From Phoronis australis (Eukaryota > Animalia > Phoronida): DNA of 64,000 bases. Below, one piece after another: positions 25,895 through 40,647 of this stretch. A program made the translations under genes and the position numbers. Every line of letters begins with the position of its first letter. Positions within the stretch are counted from its first letter, which is position 1. The DNA is taken from contig NMRA01000362.1 of NCBI GenBank assembly GCA_002633005.1, positions 1-64,000 of the forward strand, written 5' to 3'. Under the pieces are notes generated by a model. The model made no database searches. It worked only from the letters and a program-made list of their open reading frames with translations, and had not been told where the DNA came from.

Positions 25895-25976
25895 GGCCCG
25901 GTTGCATAAAAGTCTGTATAACTATCCGGCGGATAAGAGCTTATACGCCGGATAGCAAGTTTTATGCAATTGGGCC
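25895..25976. mobile_element. 82-bp hairpin MITE (Harbinger-like)
   Basis: ggcccggttgcataaaa...ttttatgcaattgggcc with inner ctatccggcg/cgccggatag and a 3-bp TSD cag/cag. Confidence 0.8.
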
Positions 25977-27719
25977 CAGCTGGCCCTGTCAAACGAAACA
26001 TTTGCCTGGATTTTTAAGAGTTTCCGAGTTTTCTTAACCCTTTTTACGACCACTTTGTACTTTTTCTAAAAATATCAACCAGTATTACTTGGAAGTAGGT
26101 GACTTTTCGTCAGCAACAGCACATCATTGCTTCACGCTATTGAAAAAATAACTTTATAGCAGAAAGACGAAAGAAAAACATACAAAAAACTAGTTGGGAT
26201 TGATTTATTGATTTTTATGTCCTCCCATTTCAGCCTACAAAAATATTACTTTCACTGCTTATTATTAAGGCCATGTTTACGCATTTTTATCACTCTTCCA
26301 AATCTATATCGGATTCTTTTGGAACATGAGTTAACTTCCATCTTCTGTCTTTGTTCAGCCAACGCAAGCATAAAAAATCTTGTGTCTTTTATAGTATTTT
26401 TGCAGTCAGTTTATTACTTAACTCACACACTTTTCTGCCAATCTGTGACATTCAGTTTGATTAAAAGACTCTAGGAGACGCTACTCGATTGTGCAATTAT
26501 CTATCGACCAAGAGGCCAAATAGAACAAATATCTTTCGTTTTGCCATGTCAGTGACGAAGGAGATCATGGGAAGCTGTATGAGAGATTTTTTCTTCGCGG
26601 ATATACAGTTTTGCCGGTGCAAAAATAAAAATTTGTTATAGGATTACATAAATCAAACAAGACAATTTTGATCTACTTATGAGTTATCAATACAACCCCA
26701 CCACCATCTCAGACTTTAGAGAGGCAGGTTTTATTCTCATTAAGGGTGCCCGTTACCCATTGCTTGGCCAGTTTTCAAACACCGTAATTGACTAAGAATC
26801 CCTCGCACTGCCTGCAGTGCATGTTGGTCCATTTTCAGACTTCACGGACAAAGCCCTGTATATGCGCTTGAAAAAGTCCTCTCAAACTATTAGCAAAGTT
26901 CGTACTAAAACTTATCAAGATCTTCGAGATCACAAGTGAGAAGAGGACGGTGGATACGAGCAGAAGTGTCGTGTTATTGGACATACAAAGTGTCACGCAA
27001 TGCTTCTTGTACAACACAAAAGCGGCCGAGCATGGTAGCAGTGCGCCAATGGAATTTTCAATTTCAGAAAAATAACAGGTACGGACATTTGCGATTGAAA
27101 ACATAATACTTTCAGTGATATCCAAGATACCAGCTTTCCAGACCAGTATTTAAGCAATTGGGTGTTGTTGCGACTTTCCAGCTAAAAGTTTCACAATATG
27201 TAAATTCCGTTCATGCGGCGGACTCAAAAACACAGTTTCTTGAAGGTATGCTAGGTTTAGTGTATGATGCATTTCTACACAAAACTTCAAAAAACTGCAT
27301 TTTGTTTGAAGAAAACAAGAGCTACTGAAACACAAAGTCCTTTTATTTTGCTCAGTACACATGTCTAAGATAGACGTATCTAAAAACTAGATAATCACAC
27401 CTAAAAAATCTCAGTAGTTTCAATAGAATCAATCATGTAAAAAGTATGCTTTACGAGTCTCAAACTGAACATAAAACAAAAAACGCTAGTAAAAACTGTC
27501 AAGAGATTTCAGTGTTAACCATCAGTGGCTTGGGTTATTTCCCCTAAACTGCCACCACTCAAATCTCTCCCCATGGAAGCCCTTGCGTCTTCCATTTTCC
27601 CTAATTTCGGTGGACTCCAGTACCCTAGCTACAATAATGATGACCACAACAATATCATAAGAATAGACAGCAACTAAAACATGTTCATAATTTCCTACAG
27701 TTTATGATGATAACTCATT

Positions 27720-29780
27720 CATGACTTCAAGCTCCAACTCATTCTTTGAGGCAAACTCGTGGGCAGCAGCAGCATCAGCATCTTCAATATTCTGAATATT
27801 TTCGATTCGAGACGCAGCAGCCATACGGGAGAAAAATCCAGCAATTTGCTGCTTCGACAGCTACTCTTCAGAGGCTAAAACTTTTCCTTGCTAATTCCTG
27901 GCTTTTCGCATCATCTTTACAATCTCAGCTGGCTGTTGTTTTCTGCCTGACTGTTCACCTTCAGAAAATATATCACTGGGTTAAGTCTTTACCTTCTCAG
28001 GCAAGCAGACCGCTTTTCTAGTACTTTTCAGGGCCCAATCCTGCGACGACTTGATCAGCAACGTAAACGGCAGACAACTCAGGTGATGATACAGCTGTGG
28101 TAGTAGATAACATCTCAGATTGTCTTGAAATGTGGTCGAACTGAGTCTCGATCTGGAGGGATGATGAATGATCACCAACATCCAAGTGCTCATTTAGCCC
28201 AGCATCTGTAGGAAAAGATTTTGAGCACCCATAGTGTGTGCATGTGAACTTCGTATGACGTTCACGGGATACCAGCCCCGACTCAACCCTTGGAGTTGTT
28301 AAACACTCGAGCGTTGCAAGGTCAAGACTTTTCCGAGGCAACGTGTTTGATGACGTTTTCCCTCCCCTACTCTATAGGCCTTCCATGCTCGAATGCCATC
28401 GGCGGAATACTCAAAGTTTGGCAGCAAACTTATCCCTGGGATACTGTGTTGGGAAGGACCTTTGGGGCATTCACACTACAGGCCGACACATAACAGCCTT
28501 TGACACCTCCTCTAGACTCCAGCGCATGCTTCAGGTCGACTGCATTTTGAACGTTGTTGACTTCATTGACATGGCAATATGGGACTTCAAGGGTGCGATT
28601 TTCTTGCTACAGATGTCTTCTCCCTTGTGACTTTCATTGAAATCGTAGCGCAGAATGGAGATACCGGTGTTACCGGATATGTAGAACTAATGAGAAGGGC
28701 GGCTGAATGGTAACAATTGGCATTGTCGGAGCGTAGGAAAGCTTCCGTTATTTGTGGATACCTAGCTTTCACCTGCCTTAGCACATCTAGCGTTAAACAG
28801 CAAACAATGAAAAAGTCTTGTTTGCAGACATCTAGAGTATGGATGTAAGTATGTACCTGAAATACAACAATTATGTAACTCAAATAGGTCAGCTAGTTTA
28901 AAGAACTACCTTATTATATCTTATTACCGCCTAAGCCGCAGTCACACCACTCAACTTCAAACAGTGTTCGTCTCAACACGGTTATTATATCAGTAGCTCA
29001 TTCAAAACATTTCTAGGCAGGGGGGAAGTTTCCCCTTCACAAAGATATGAAAGTTATCCATAACTGAGTACAAAATGGCTTCAGTCAAAATGAAAGTTTG
29101 TGTGCAAACTCTACTAAGAGACAAAGAATGCATCACTGTCAAGCTTTTGTTGGAAAATGGCAAGAAAAAGACTAGATATTAAGTGCACAATCCCTGTATC
29201 TTGTTCTGTTACAGTAAATCAATATACTAAAAAGAGGTAAAGGCAACGACATTGTTCATCACTGGCTTTCTGTTTAATATTGAGCACATCTGAGAATTAC
29301 TTTGTAACACCTTGAATACTAATTTAGGATTTATTTTTACCTGATGGATTTCACCTTCCGTTGTGATACAAGCCGCCACGTGCCATGAGATCCTTTTTTC
29401 CAAATCAGTCGGACTGTGCTTCACGGAAACTGATGGGTATGAACTTCATTGCAAATCCATGACAACCAAAACTTGGTGTGGGGTGAGAGATGACATCAGA
29501 TCCTGTTTTGATTGTTCCTGGTTTATCCCTCTGACAATATGCTGAGTGTTCTGGATAACAGCACGTCACTTTTTGTCTAAAGCTAAGTCCAAACTCATGT
29601 CGATGTGTAAAATATATAACGGCGCATTTCCATTGGTTTTCCAGTTCAACCTCCTATCTCTAGCTCTGGCAAGAATCACCTGTAATTCTGATATATTTTT
29701 AATCTTCTGTGGCACTTTGCACGACCTCAGATGACTTTTGACGCCTTTAACACAGCTAATGAAGGCCACATTTCCTAAGC
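27720..29780 (-). mobile_element. Degenerate intron-containing DDD transposase, Sola3-like
   Basis: QEQSKQDLMSS..QVLVVMDFAMKFIPISFREAQSD...ISWHVAACIT, then EAFLRSDNANCYH and ISILRYDFNESHKGEDICSKKIAPLKSHI, plus a C2H2-like FTCTHYGCSKSFPTDAGLNEHLDVGDH. Frameshifted. Confidence 0.65.
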
Positions 29781-32149
29781 GATCACATTTATGTAAAGAA
29801 AATTAACCAAATGTACAAGAAGGAAATTCCTCCATATTCTTTGCAGTGACAGAAAGTGCATGTAATCTCGAAGTGTAAAGTACTATTGGTAAAGTTAAAC
29901 AAAGCATGGATTGTTTAAAAAAATTGGGGTCTCAAAAGTGAAATTCAAATTTTTGTCATATTGCATTGTTGATATTAGATCATATATTTTAGGTGATATC
30001 TCTAAACTAAAAGAGTAGCCTCAATTCTTTTGTCAGTCAAGGTAAGACCACATCACAAAAATGCCCAAATTTGAGGGCCACGTTTAGCACTAAATATGTA
30101 GGAAACAAGTTTTTTAAAAGCATTTTATCAAATTTCAATCTTAGAAGTGTCTACACAGAGAATTTCAACTTCAAATATATTCCGGTATACAGTAGGATGC
30201 AGGTTAAGCAACATCTTGCCACTTGTGACTGGCCTGAAAAGTGCTCTCGGAGTTTTGTCCCGTGCTGGAAATTTAACTGTACCTACATGTATGAGTTGCA
30301 AATTTCATTTTCTTACTGATCTTACATGAGTCTTTATGACCATCAATGTCAAACTTTGTCACCAGTTTTCCAAGTCTGTTTTTGCCGTTCAAAAAATGCA
30401 GTTTTACTGACATGAAAAAATGCACAATATGACTTTATAGCCAAATAGGTCATATCTCGGTAACCAAAGGTCATTGAGTGCAAATATTGCAGCAGTGTAC
30501 TTTGGGCCAGCATCCCAACACATGCACAGCGTATTAGCTCTGAATGAAATTTTGAGTATACAGTGAGTTTTCATTTTCATACATGTATGTTTTTATATGG
30601 AATCATTCTTAAAGCATCGACTAAAAGACCTAACTCAGGCCGACAGGAGGCGCGTTCCAAAACGAGGCTAGCTACGATAGCTCTGTTGGCTTATCGGCAT
30701 ACTGGTTGTATTTTGTATTGCTGGAACGGCTAGAAAAAATAGGGACACTCCAACTGTCTGTTTTACAATCCCTAAGGACGTTTAGATTCGGAAGCGTTGG
30801 GTCGTTGCCATACGCCGCGACGAAGGAAAATATGTCCGTGTAAAATTTATGAAATTCAATGTTTTCGAAAAGTTAGATTATATTCTGTCGCATCTCGGTT
30901 GCTGAGCATCATAGCAACGACCGGAGTATATTCGGCCAACCAGGCTATGTTTTCGTGACTACGTGTTGAAAGATGATGCATGTTTCTTTCCAAAAAGGAC
31001 AGGGCCCTCAATCTCTCAATCTTGGGGCCGATCATCGGCCCTATTACCTCTCAAGAATACTGAAAAATCCCCTGAGGCCTAAAAATTTCTCCTAGTGATT
31101 AAAAAGCTCACTCCAAAGTTCAAATCACCGGTAAGCACACAAATAACAATTTGAAAGAGCACAAAATGCTACTTGAGACACATTCAGCTATGAGAGCTCG
31201 CAACAGGGCAGGGGTGCTATTGATGGTGATAGGGAGGAAGATTCCCCCTCACTCGGCGAAAAAATCCCCCTCTCAGAATTACGCATAGGCACGTATTTCC
31301 CCCTCGGATGAACGAGGCCCCGGAAAAAACATGATAACTATGCTTGCTCTGTCCAGTTAACTGAAATTGAGCTCTAAAACGAGGTTATGCTTTAGTTGGA
31401 CGAACGAAATACTAGGTGTTTTAATTTTGAAATTGAGCTTGGTCCAGGTTGATATTTGAAACCTAACACATGAAATAGACGTACAGCTGTAAGAACTGTT
31501 AAAGCCAAGAAAGCAGAATTGATGGTCAAATAATTACTTGTGAATTGTGTAAGGGAGTGAATGATAACCGTGATTTAATGCCAAAGCGATTTCTGGAGCT
31601 GGGCTCGTATTTATTTTTTTAATTTAAAAAATGGTCACATGATTTATATTTTCAATTGCGATCCTGTTTTTTCATTTTAATAGAAAAATTAATAACATCA
31701 GTTATTCTTTCAGATCAATGACGAATCAACTGTTAGTCCCGGTAGTCCCTACCACACCAGAGGACCTAGGCTATTCTCAACAAATTAAACCAGATGTCAT
31801 TTGGACATAGAAGCAACATGACATGAGCCGACAGTGTCAAGTATATCTTCAACTCGTCAACAATATAAGCAGAGGACCTGCTTCGTGTAGAAATACATGT
31901 AATTTTTATCAACAATTTACAAGAAGAAACGTAACCCTGTATTCAGCATCCGTAACACTACGATCGCCGCAGTTTGGTCGTATTTACTTCTCATGTTACG
32001 AACTTAGTTTTCGGAAAAATATTGTAGCCTTTCGTCAGACAACTCTTTGGTGCTTTGACTTGTTTTCTCATGTATTTTTCTACGTCTCAGTCAAATCCCT
32101 GTGAGAACTATTCAGTGCCTCCTAAACAAAACGGAAGTTGACACTGAGT

Positions 32150-32655
32150 GAGTCAAATAGCCGGTCTTTCGAGTCCAACCTGGATATTAGGTCTTAAAAA
32201 TGTGTCGATAATTAATCACAGAGACGTAGAAAAATACATGAGAAAACAATTGACTATCAGGACACACGTCAATGGACGCTTCACTCTTTCTTCACTCTGT
32301 CAAAAACTGCCTGCAAATAAAGAAAAGTTTTGAGTCATTTCACATCACAAGACTTACAGATGAGCACAGAAACTTTGTTCTTTCTCGGCACTTTTCATCC
32401 CAAGTCACCACTTCCCTGCCGATGCTCGACTAAAGCCAACATTAGATTCCGAAAGCAAATTTCCTACTGATTCCAAAAATGTGGTCCAAAAGTACTGTCA
32501 ACTAAATTCTCAGTTGCTACACAGCATGTTCACAAATACAAACAAACCAAATTCACTTGGTCTACATACAATACCTAACAAAACATGCCCACAAGCCTGG
32601 CCTACCCCTAGATTTTAATATTTTGGCAGTGCAAATTGGCCGCGGCCGCAGTCTA
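32150..32655 (+). mobile_element. Terminal segment of an Academ-like element (paralog of 34270-34915)
   Basis: Shares tcgactaaagcc, ttctcagttgctac, tagatttt.atattt and ggccg.ggccgcag with 34270-34915; ends ...gcagtcta (TAG/CTA-type terminus). Confidence 0.55.
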
Positions 32656-32737
32656 ACTGTTCAGTGCCACCTTATAGCAGTGAGCCTCGCTTTGGATTTT
32701 AATGTCCGCCGCGTGAATTAGGTCTACAGTCAGCCTC

Positions 32738-32880
32738 CCGTTCAGTAACGCTAGGACCTTACTAAAAAGCAAGACTTCGCGTGATTACGTGAGATATTGC
32801 CGTGCCCTTTAATTGAGAGCACGTGACTTTGACAATGTTTTAGCTAGGTCCTAGCGTAGGTCCTAGCGTCTGCTGAACGC
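32738..32880 (-). mobile_element. MITE family A copy 2
   Basis: cgttcagtaacgctaggacc...ggtcctagcgtctgctgaacgc, a reverse-complement match to 41685-41815. Confidence 0.8.
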
Positions 32881-33429
32881 AGGTTCCAAATGACCTATCG
32901 ACAAGATTACGACTGACGGCTTAACTGACTTGTCAGAACGCAGCATTCTTGACACACCTTCGTCTGCGTTTCCAAGCCGCCATTTTACCCGACGAACAAT
33001 ACGTTGTCGTGTAAAACTTACTTTGGTATATAGGTCAAGAAATTGCGTGATAATAATGGTGTTACGGTGTTGATAAGGCGTGTGTAATTCTGACAGCCGA
33101 TACGCAGCTCCAGAAGAATATACCGTCATTTTTTGGGCATCTCCTTAGCCGAAAAGTGACGTCCAAAAGTTTAAACTAGGTATGAAACTTTGCGACCGGC
33201 CACGTACACGAGCAGCTCAAGATACACACTTTTTAGTTTGGTGGCCGGTCGCCTTTGTCTCGGCACCTGCTGGATCTCAGCACTATAGTCTAGCGATAGT
33301 CCCTGGAAATTGTCTTTATATTTTTACCATTTTTCAGTTATTTCGACCCATAAATATCGTTTTGTTTTGTAGCAGAGGTACATTTTTTGTCATTAATATA
33401 TCCGTAAGCTGGCGTTCATCTGATTTTTT

Positions 33430-34915
33430 TTTTCAAAATTGAGAGATTCGGTAGACACGGAGAGGGAAACTGGATTACTGAACTCACTTAAAAAGAGCAG
33501 AAAGAGTATTCATTCCATCAGACGTCAAGTGAATGATTTGTCTGTCCCGCTTCTAGAAAACTGGCAGAGTTTCATCGAGCTGGCAAAAAAAAAACAAACA
33601 AGATCTGCAAGAAGTCTTGTTTCAACAGCTAGTGCTAGAGTATCCTCCTGGAAAAACGATAACTGTGTGTCAGGGATGTCGCTACAAAAGGAAAATATTA
33701 TCATCAGATCCACAGTTCTACCTTTCGACATTACAGGCAAACCATGAGGAAGCTGACAAACGCATTGTCTTACATTGCATAACAAATGCAGAATTTGACA
33801 CCGTAGTCGTTTCCTCGCGTGACACAGACGTCCTTGTTCTCCTGGTGCACCGGAAAATGAAATGTTCACATCTTTGGATGGAATCAGGCATTACGAAGAG
33901 ACCAACGTACATTGTACGTACCAATTCATGAGATTTACCACAAAATGCCCAGTTCCGTGGTTGCTAGCCTATCAGCGTTACATGCAACAGCAGGTTGTGA
34001 CACAGAAGACCTTGGGAGGAAAATGTTTGCACCAAAGGTGGCATCTCAGGCTGAATAGTTTGTGTGCCATATTTATGGTGCGCGCAATCATGCTGTCTGT
34101 GATAAAGCTCGTGTGGCCTTATTTGGCAAAGGTGTTTCCCATGAGTCTTTGCCGCCGTCGACTGACGCTGTCCAGTGGCACATACAACGAGGTAACTACC
34201 AGGCAGCTGCTTGGAGACAGGCAGACAACAGCACTCAGCAAGTACCAGACATCGCTCATTCTTGCTTGTGATCTAAAGTATTTTTCTACGCCTCTGTGGT
34301 TAACTATCGACATATTTCTAAGATTTGGTTTTACAGGGTTGGACTCGAAAGACCAGCCATTTTACCTCACGCAATATCAGTTTCCGCTTTGTTTTAAGGG
34401 GACATAGAACAGTTCTCACAGATGTTTGCCTATCAGAACACACGTCAATGGACTCTTCACCCTTTCTTCATTTTGTCAAAAACGGCATGCAAAGAATTAA
34501 AAGTTTCGAGTCATTTCACATCACAGAAACTTTATTCTCTCTTGTAGCTTTGACCTTTCCACTCTCACTGATAACCAGACTAAGAAAAATGGGGGCAAAA
34601 GTCGCAAAATCGCACCTTTCACCCCAAAACCATTACCCCCTGCCGCTGCTCGACTAAAGCCACCATAAAATTCTGAAAGCAAATTGATTAACAATTCCAA
34701 AAATGTAGTCTAAAGGTACTGTCAACGACCTAGATTTTTGGAAAATCTGGTTTGTTTGAGGGCTACCCGATATTGCGGCCAATTTCTCAGTTGCTACCCA
34801 GCAATGCACAATTTGTAAAAGGTGGCCACCATCTTGAAGAAGAGAACACCTAACTAAAAATGCCTCACCTAGATTTTTATATTTTGGTAGAGCAAGTTGG
34901 CCGAGGCCGCAGCCA
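33430..34915 (+). mobile_element. Academ-type transposon 3' fragment (XPG/PIN-like nuclease relic plus terminal region)
   Basis: ANHEEADKRIVLHC..VVVSSRDTDVLVLL, ALHATAGCDT and FVCHIYG..KARVALF...LPPSTDAVQWHIQRGNYQAAAWRQAD; frameshifted. Confidence 0.8.
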
Positions 34916-37841
34916 GCTTTTAAGATTGATGAAAAATAAAATAGTTACGTATATTGTTTGATGTCATGTCATTTAAAAACATTCACAAGATAATTCAGTC
35001 ATATTATGAGTTATTAGCGCCAGAAACGCCTTCAGCTTATATTCCAGTATTCACACCTACAGTCGTATCAACCGACTAGCAAGTAGCAATAGTGTTTGTT
35101 TAAATTCAGTATTGTACGAATCCACTGATTTAGCACAAGTATTTACAAACAAAAATGAACTCGTAACAATATTTTACAATAAATATTGTGTAATTTATAT
35201 TAAAAAAATAATTGCAGGCGGTCTGTTACACGTTGTACCAAACGTGCGCATGCCTCGCATGTGGGCCCATTGCACTGATCACCTGGAAATATTTTTACAC
35301 CCCCAGGCTCAATAAAACGATGCAATTGATGTCAACGAGAAATTAAAAAAAAAAACAAACAAACGATGGTATACCGGACTTTGACATCAAGTGTATTTAA
35401 AAGGGGCATTTCCAAGACTGCGCGCCAGGTAAATTTTAATCACATAAGGCAACTGGATATTTTTCACAAGTCTTTAAAGTGACAAATTGTAACATTTGTT
35501 TCTATCCCCAGTTTATGTTTTTAATTGAATTAAAAAGGGTAAATTGAATTCAAAGCCTTATAATTCGGTATGTTTTCATGCAATCTAGACTTTGTTTCAT
35601 AGTTTTAATATTTAACATACTCACAAGGTTGTGTTGCTATTAATGCTCAATCTTTGTGCAAGGGTGACCAAGTCTATATTCAAAGTGGCGGCGACTACGG
35701 GTTCTAGAATTTCAATGCGAATTATTTTGAAAATTATGTTTCTAATATAAGGTTTCGATGAATTTGAATGTAATTGCTTTGTACGAAAAGGTAAAGCTAA
35801 TGTTTGTTGTAACTTTTGCACCACATTAAACGGCCTATTGTCGCCGATTCCGATACGGGACAAACACTCGACACGGCCCGAATCGGAATCGATCAGCGTT
35901 CATGCCTTCAACTTCAAGAAGACACGAATGCAAAGTTCCTAATATCAAAAATTTTGTAACAAGCGAAGTTCTCTTTATAATGAACATTGTGACGCGTTTT
36001 GTTTTGTTTTATTTTTCGACTTTTTAGGCTATCCTAGTCATCCTCCCGGACAACCCTATAAGGGTCCGTATTTTAAGGTGTGCTAATTAATTGAATAAAA
36101 AGTTCTAAGAGAAATGGTTGTGATGATCATTAATTGACATGAAAGAAACAATTGGCATGCTTCTTTGATTTTCCACGGCCATAGTCATCTCTGATTCCAG
36201 TACAATGGAGACACGGTGAAAGCCAAATTCGTTGTGCGGATGAGGGCATAGACATCGCTTGGTGCGAGCGCCATCTCAAGTTTTGTGGCGCTAAATACAT
36301 ATAGGATTCGTGATGGGGCTGCTGTATTATAAAAGGCCTACTTAATTAACGATGCTGTACGTTGATGTTTTCCATCAATACATGCTAGTGCTTGATTTAT
36401 CCATTGAGTTCCCTGGCCATGACATTGTTGTTGGGGGTCCCGTTCCTTCCGTTAAACGCTATTGAAATCATACATTTAATCATTCGTACATGTACTTCAA
36501 AAAGGTCAAGGAAATTTTAAATCACAGCTTTTGGAGAGAATTTTATTCATTGGTAACTTAAATTCAAGAGGAAAGTTCAGGGAGTGCAATTTTATTTCTC
36601 CAGGACTCGTCTCCTACCAGAGATAATGGAGTCATCTGTCGTTCGCTGTATTTTTTCGTTTTTTCTCGAAATAGTAAATCATTTGATGAAAATTGAGATT
36701 TTGACAAATAGCATTTATTGCTGCTAGCTTATTGATTTTTGAAACTATACATTCCTTTATGATTATTGGCTCAGCACCTAGAGGGACCTGTTGATGGCAT
36801 CCAAAATTTTCGTAATTTCTGTTGAACTGCTAAAAGGGCCTCTCCTGGACAGAGGGCCTAATGATGACATCGATTGCCTCTGTTTTACTGTTTCTTTGAA
36901 ATCCGGTACAACCTTTTGTGTTAAGTAAGGTCATTTATTTGAGGGCCACACAATGATGGGATTAAGTGTCACTATTTTCTGTTTGTAATATTTACATGTA
37001 GCCTTTCATATTAAGAGCTCCTTTTTAGACGGAGTCCTCAGTCAGTGGGGAGGCCCTGGGTAATTGACTCTTACCCCTATATAAATCTGACACTGTCAAC
37101 TATTCAGGAGTGGAAAAAAGATGACTCCCAATTCATCGAAAAAAACAAGACTAATTCGTGCAATACATCACAGCGCCGTAACAATCATGCTATTTCAAAA
37201 CAATTTTCATTGTTCATGAAATCTGACAAGAGGCACGGAACCAAGAGAAACTAAGTTTTCTCTTGGTACTGAAACTTGCGTGCCTTAGCCTATTGCGCAT
37301 GCAATAGGTGCTATTCAAGGAACCGCGTGATCAAGAATTGTTCGAAAACTCTAGATATACTTGTAAAATCACTAAAGGGAAGCCTAGCGGTGCAGCACAA
37401 GCGCCTGTCTCAACTGTTGTATTTACACACATTTGCAACTAATTAAAGGTGACACATACTCTCTATTGGTGAGCATAGTAGATCACTAGATTAATCGTAG
37501 ATATTTTTCCAAAAAGTTATCATTCGTGAACTTTCTTGAAAATGGTAGTCGCAATCATCACAGTCAGACAAAATTATTTTAACGGACGTGATGACCTAAA
37601 AAACTAATGATATTAAATTTGAAGATGGCGTGTCTCTGACATCTGAAGTTCTGAAGAAACTGCCTTTGGCAGCCATCTTAGATAATGGCCGAAGAAAAAC
37701 TAAACGCAACGGGTCTCAATGGATTAGTCGACACCGATAACCGGTATGCAATATTTAATTCCTTTGTTCGTTCTGAAGTTGTGCGACTCGAACTAGTTTT
37801 GGCGCCACCTTGGAAAATGGGGGGTGAAACTACAACACTCA

Positions 37842-38404
37842 CTGGTTCCCTGCGTGCTTAGCCCATCCAGTACGCTAGTATCACGCAGTGGCACGCGCTT
37901 TAGCATTGGTCGATGTAACCTCAGCAGTCATTGGTTAGCTTTACAACACCGTGAAAAAATGGCGGTCTGTAACCGATTTTTAGCCTTCAGTTGCCATACA
38001 AGTGGCGTCGCAGCAGCTATTTTGTTTCTGAAGTGATGTTTAATAGCCGCGTGCTTGAAGCACATGTATTTACAATAAACACTTATCTAGTGGCCGATTT
38101 AACCGGTGTGTGACACTATCGTAAACAAAAGTCATCGACACTATAAAGATGCATTCCGAAAAGGTGCAATCAGAAGTTCTAGGCTCCACATTTCCTGAAC
38201 ATACATGTAAATTTTAAGAGCCGATGTGTCTGTACAACAGGCCTCAGTCCATCAGTCATGCCAGTTTGTTTGCGTAAAGCGCTACCTGTTGAGAATTCGA
38301 CTTGGCAATCAGAAATAAAGGTGTAAAAAATTACCGAGGAATCTTAAGTGATACCTGCGTGCTGGCGCGGCTACCGCCCCACCTAGCGGCACGCAGGGAA
38401 CCAG
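37842..38404. mobile_element. Non-autonomous TIR element (~560 bp)
   Basis: Perfect 16-bp TIR ctggttccctgcgtgc / gcacgcagggaaccag. Confidence 0.75.
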
Positions 38405-38810
38405 CTAGCACTGCAGCCATGCAAAATCATTCCCACACAAAACAAATAGGTAAACCTCTTGGAATTATTACTCTATCATAATTCACTCTCGAGTTACAAT
38501 GGTCATCGGACAAAAATTGAACTTCCGCTACTCTGATTCTGGTAGAATTTTGTCTCAGCCTTAGAGATGTGGAAGGATACGATTTATGTAACGAAACTTC
38601 GGGTTGCATTTTTCCGGGTCATTCGTAGCATGATTCGATTATAAATTGAAGGCTCCTCAAATAATAAGGTACAACAGCCGATCTTTGCAACCTGAAATAA
38701 CCATCAAAGGTATTGATGAAATTCGGAGATTTCTGCAGTGTTCCAAAATTAAACTCACCTTTATTCACCCAAGGACCTGAAAACAAGGTGTAAATTTTGC
38801 AGTAACTACC

Positions 38811-39127
38811 CAGTGGGGACTTAGGGGGGCAAGGGGGCCATGCCCTCCCTACCATTTGGCAATTCGGGGTGCGCATTTGGTGAATAGTATATGCGCGCAC
38901 CCAGAGGGGCAAGGGCGGCGAATGCACAATGCACAGGTCCTGAAAAAACCCGTTTACCGTTTTTCCTCTTTTTTTAGTAATAAGGTCCACATGCAAACCC
39001 AAAAATTCGAAATTCGAGACTCCGGCATAGATCCCTACATTTTAGGCTGGGCGGGCGCATGTGGGGAAATTCTCGTTATTCCTCTGCCTTGCCCCCTCCC
39101 CTTACTCAAAATCCTGAATCTGCCCTG
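38811..39127 (+). mobile_element. Longer, degenerate relative of MITE family B
   Basis: cagtgggga..ggggccatgccctccct...cttactcaaaatcctgaatctgccctg, similar to the ends of 17393-17529. Confidence 0.55.
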
Positions 39128-40647
39128 CTGCGGGCTTAGAACCTGATACACAGGAATTGAATTTGAACTCCCGGCGTTGTACTGAAGTGAGAGTATGTGT
39201 TTTCTGGATACCATGTGTACATGTATCATTCGCTCCCAGCCACCAGAAACTGTGCTAACCGTGTTTTAATGAGTGAATTTGTAACAACCCCAAAAGCAAT
39301 GGAACAGAGACTCCGGAACCTCACTTTTTCCAAATTTGTATCTTCAAAGCATGACTAAAATGTTTTTCACCAAACTGAATCATACCATTGCACACAGATA
39401 ATTACATGTACGAGCTGAGCTGCCTGTCTCGAATGAATCATCTAAGCTGACCGGTGGATAGCCTACATACTGTTACATGTATGTTGTTCATCCAATTTCT
39501 ATTTTCACACGTTCAGTTGACTTGAGCTATAGTCAACTTGAGAAGGACAGCCCGACTCTCGGCTCTGCACCTGCGCTGGCCGGCCTCATTCTCAATCTCT
39601 GTGAATGTTCTTGAAACAAGGTTACTTAACTTCTGGTGTCTGACTCCAGGGGATTGTCCCCCCCCCCCNNNNNNCCCCCCCCCCCCGCCACCTCGCTCTC
39701 TATGTCGTGGGCGTGGGGGCGAAAGTGGTGTAGCATCCGAATAATGGCGGAGTGGCAATAGAAAGGGGTCGAGCCAAATTCTGGCGAAGTCTAATATTAT
39801 CTTTTTCTCCAGGCGTTATACTTGATTTTAGGATCGTATTGCAGTTGTATATCTCACGCGATGCATTTTAAGAAAAGTGTAGAATTTCGAAATTATTGTA
39901 ATACGTATAGAAAGCTTTACGTTATGCTGGTCATGTAAGCGGCGGTATTACCAAAGACCGGCTTTCCGAATCGCAAGCAGGTGATCCTACGTTTGACAAC
40001 GTTGCTTGCCGTTAGACTTCAAAATATTCCATGAACGATGATTTTTTCAGTCTTGTAGGGTGGTAACAGTTCTAATCTTATCTCGTTTGTATTAAACGAA
40101 AAGAAAAATTCATCCTTAGCACTGTATTCCATACATGTAGGTGATTTTGCAAATGACTGGACTAAAGGGAAAGCGAATTTTTAAACACATGTGTATGTTA
40201 AACGTTGTGATTGGGTTGCTTAGATAAGGCATTTTATCTTATATCGATGGACTAACACATTGGCGACCACATGTTTTGATGACAAACTGGTAGTGTTTTT
40301 GACCTTTGACACTCGTACAGAGCCAAATTACAACAACACACGAACTTCCAATGGTAAATTAAACACGCAATGCAGGGGCTGGGAAACAAAGAACTGTTAC
40401 AACATTTGAAAGCGGCAAATTATGTAGATTGTCTCGAAGCGTAAATTCGCATGCTCTGTTCGACCTCGACACACCTTTGCTGCCGCATACTACGGTCCAT
40501 GCCTGACCTTCACTTGCAAACAACCTAACTGGGCAAGGTACACTACACGGCATCTCCTAACATCTCACATGAACTTAAATAATTAAATGAACGACAACAT
40601 TACTGCTGTGTCCCAGATAATTTCTTGGAAGAGTAGTCAAGCCGATG

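Noticed and set aside
39513-39758. Gly/Pro-rich ORFs around a poly-C run
   Set aside because: They span an N gap (39669-39674) in a homopolymer and have no domain signal.
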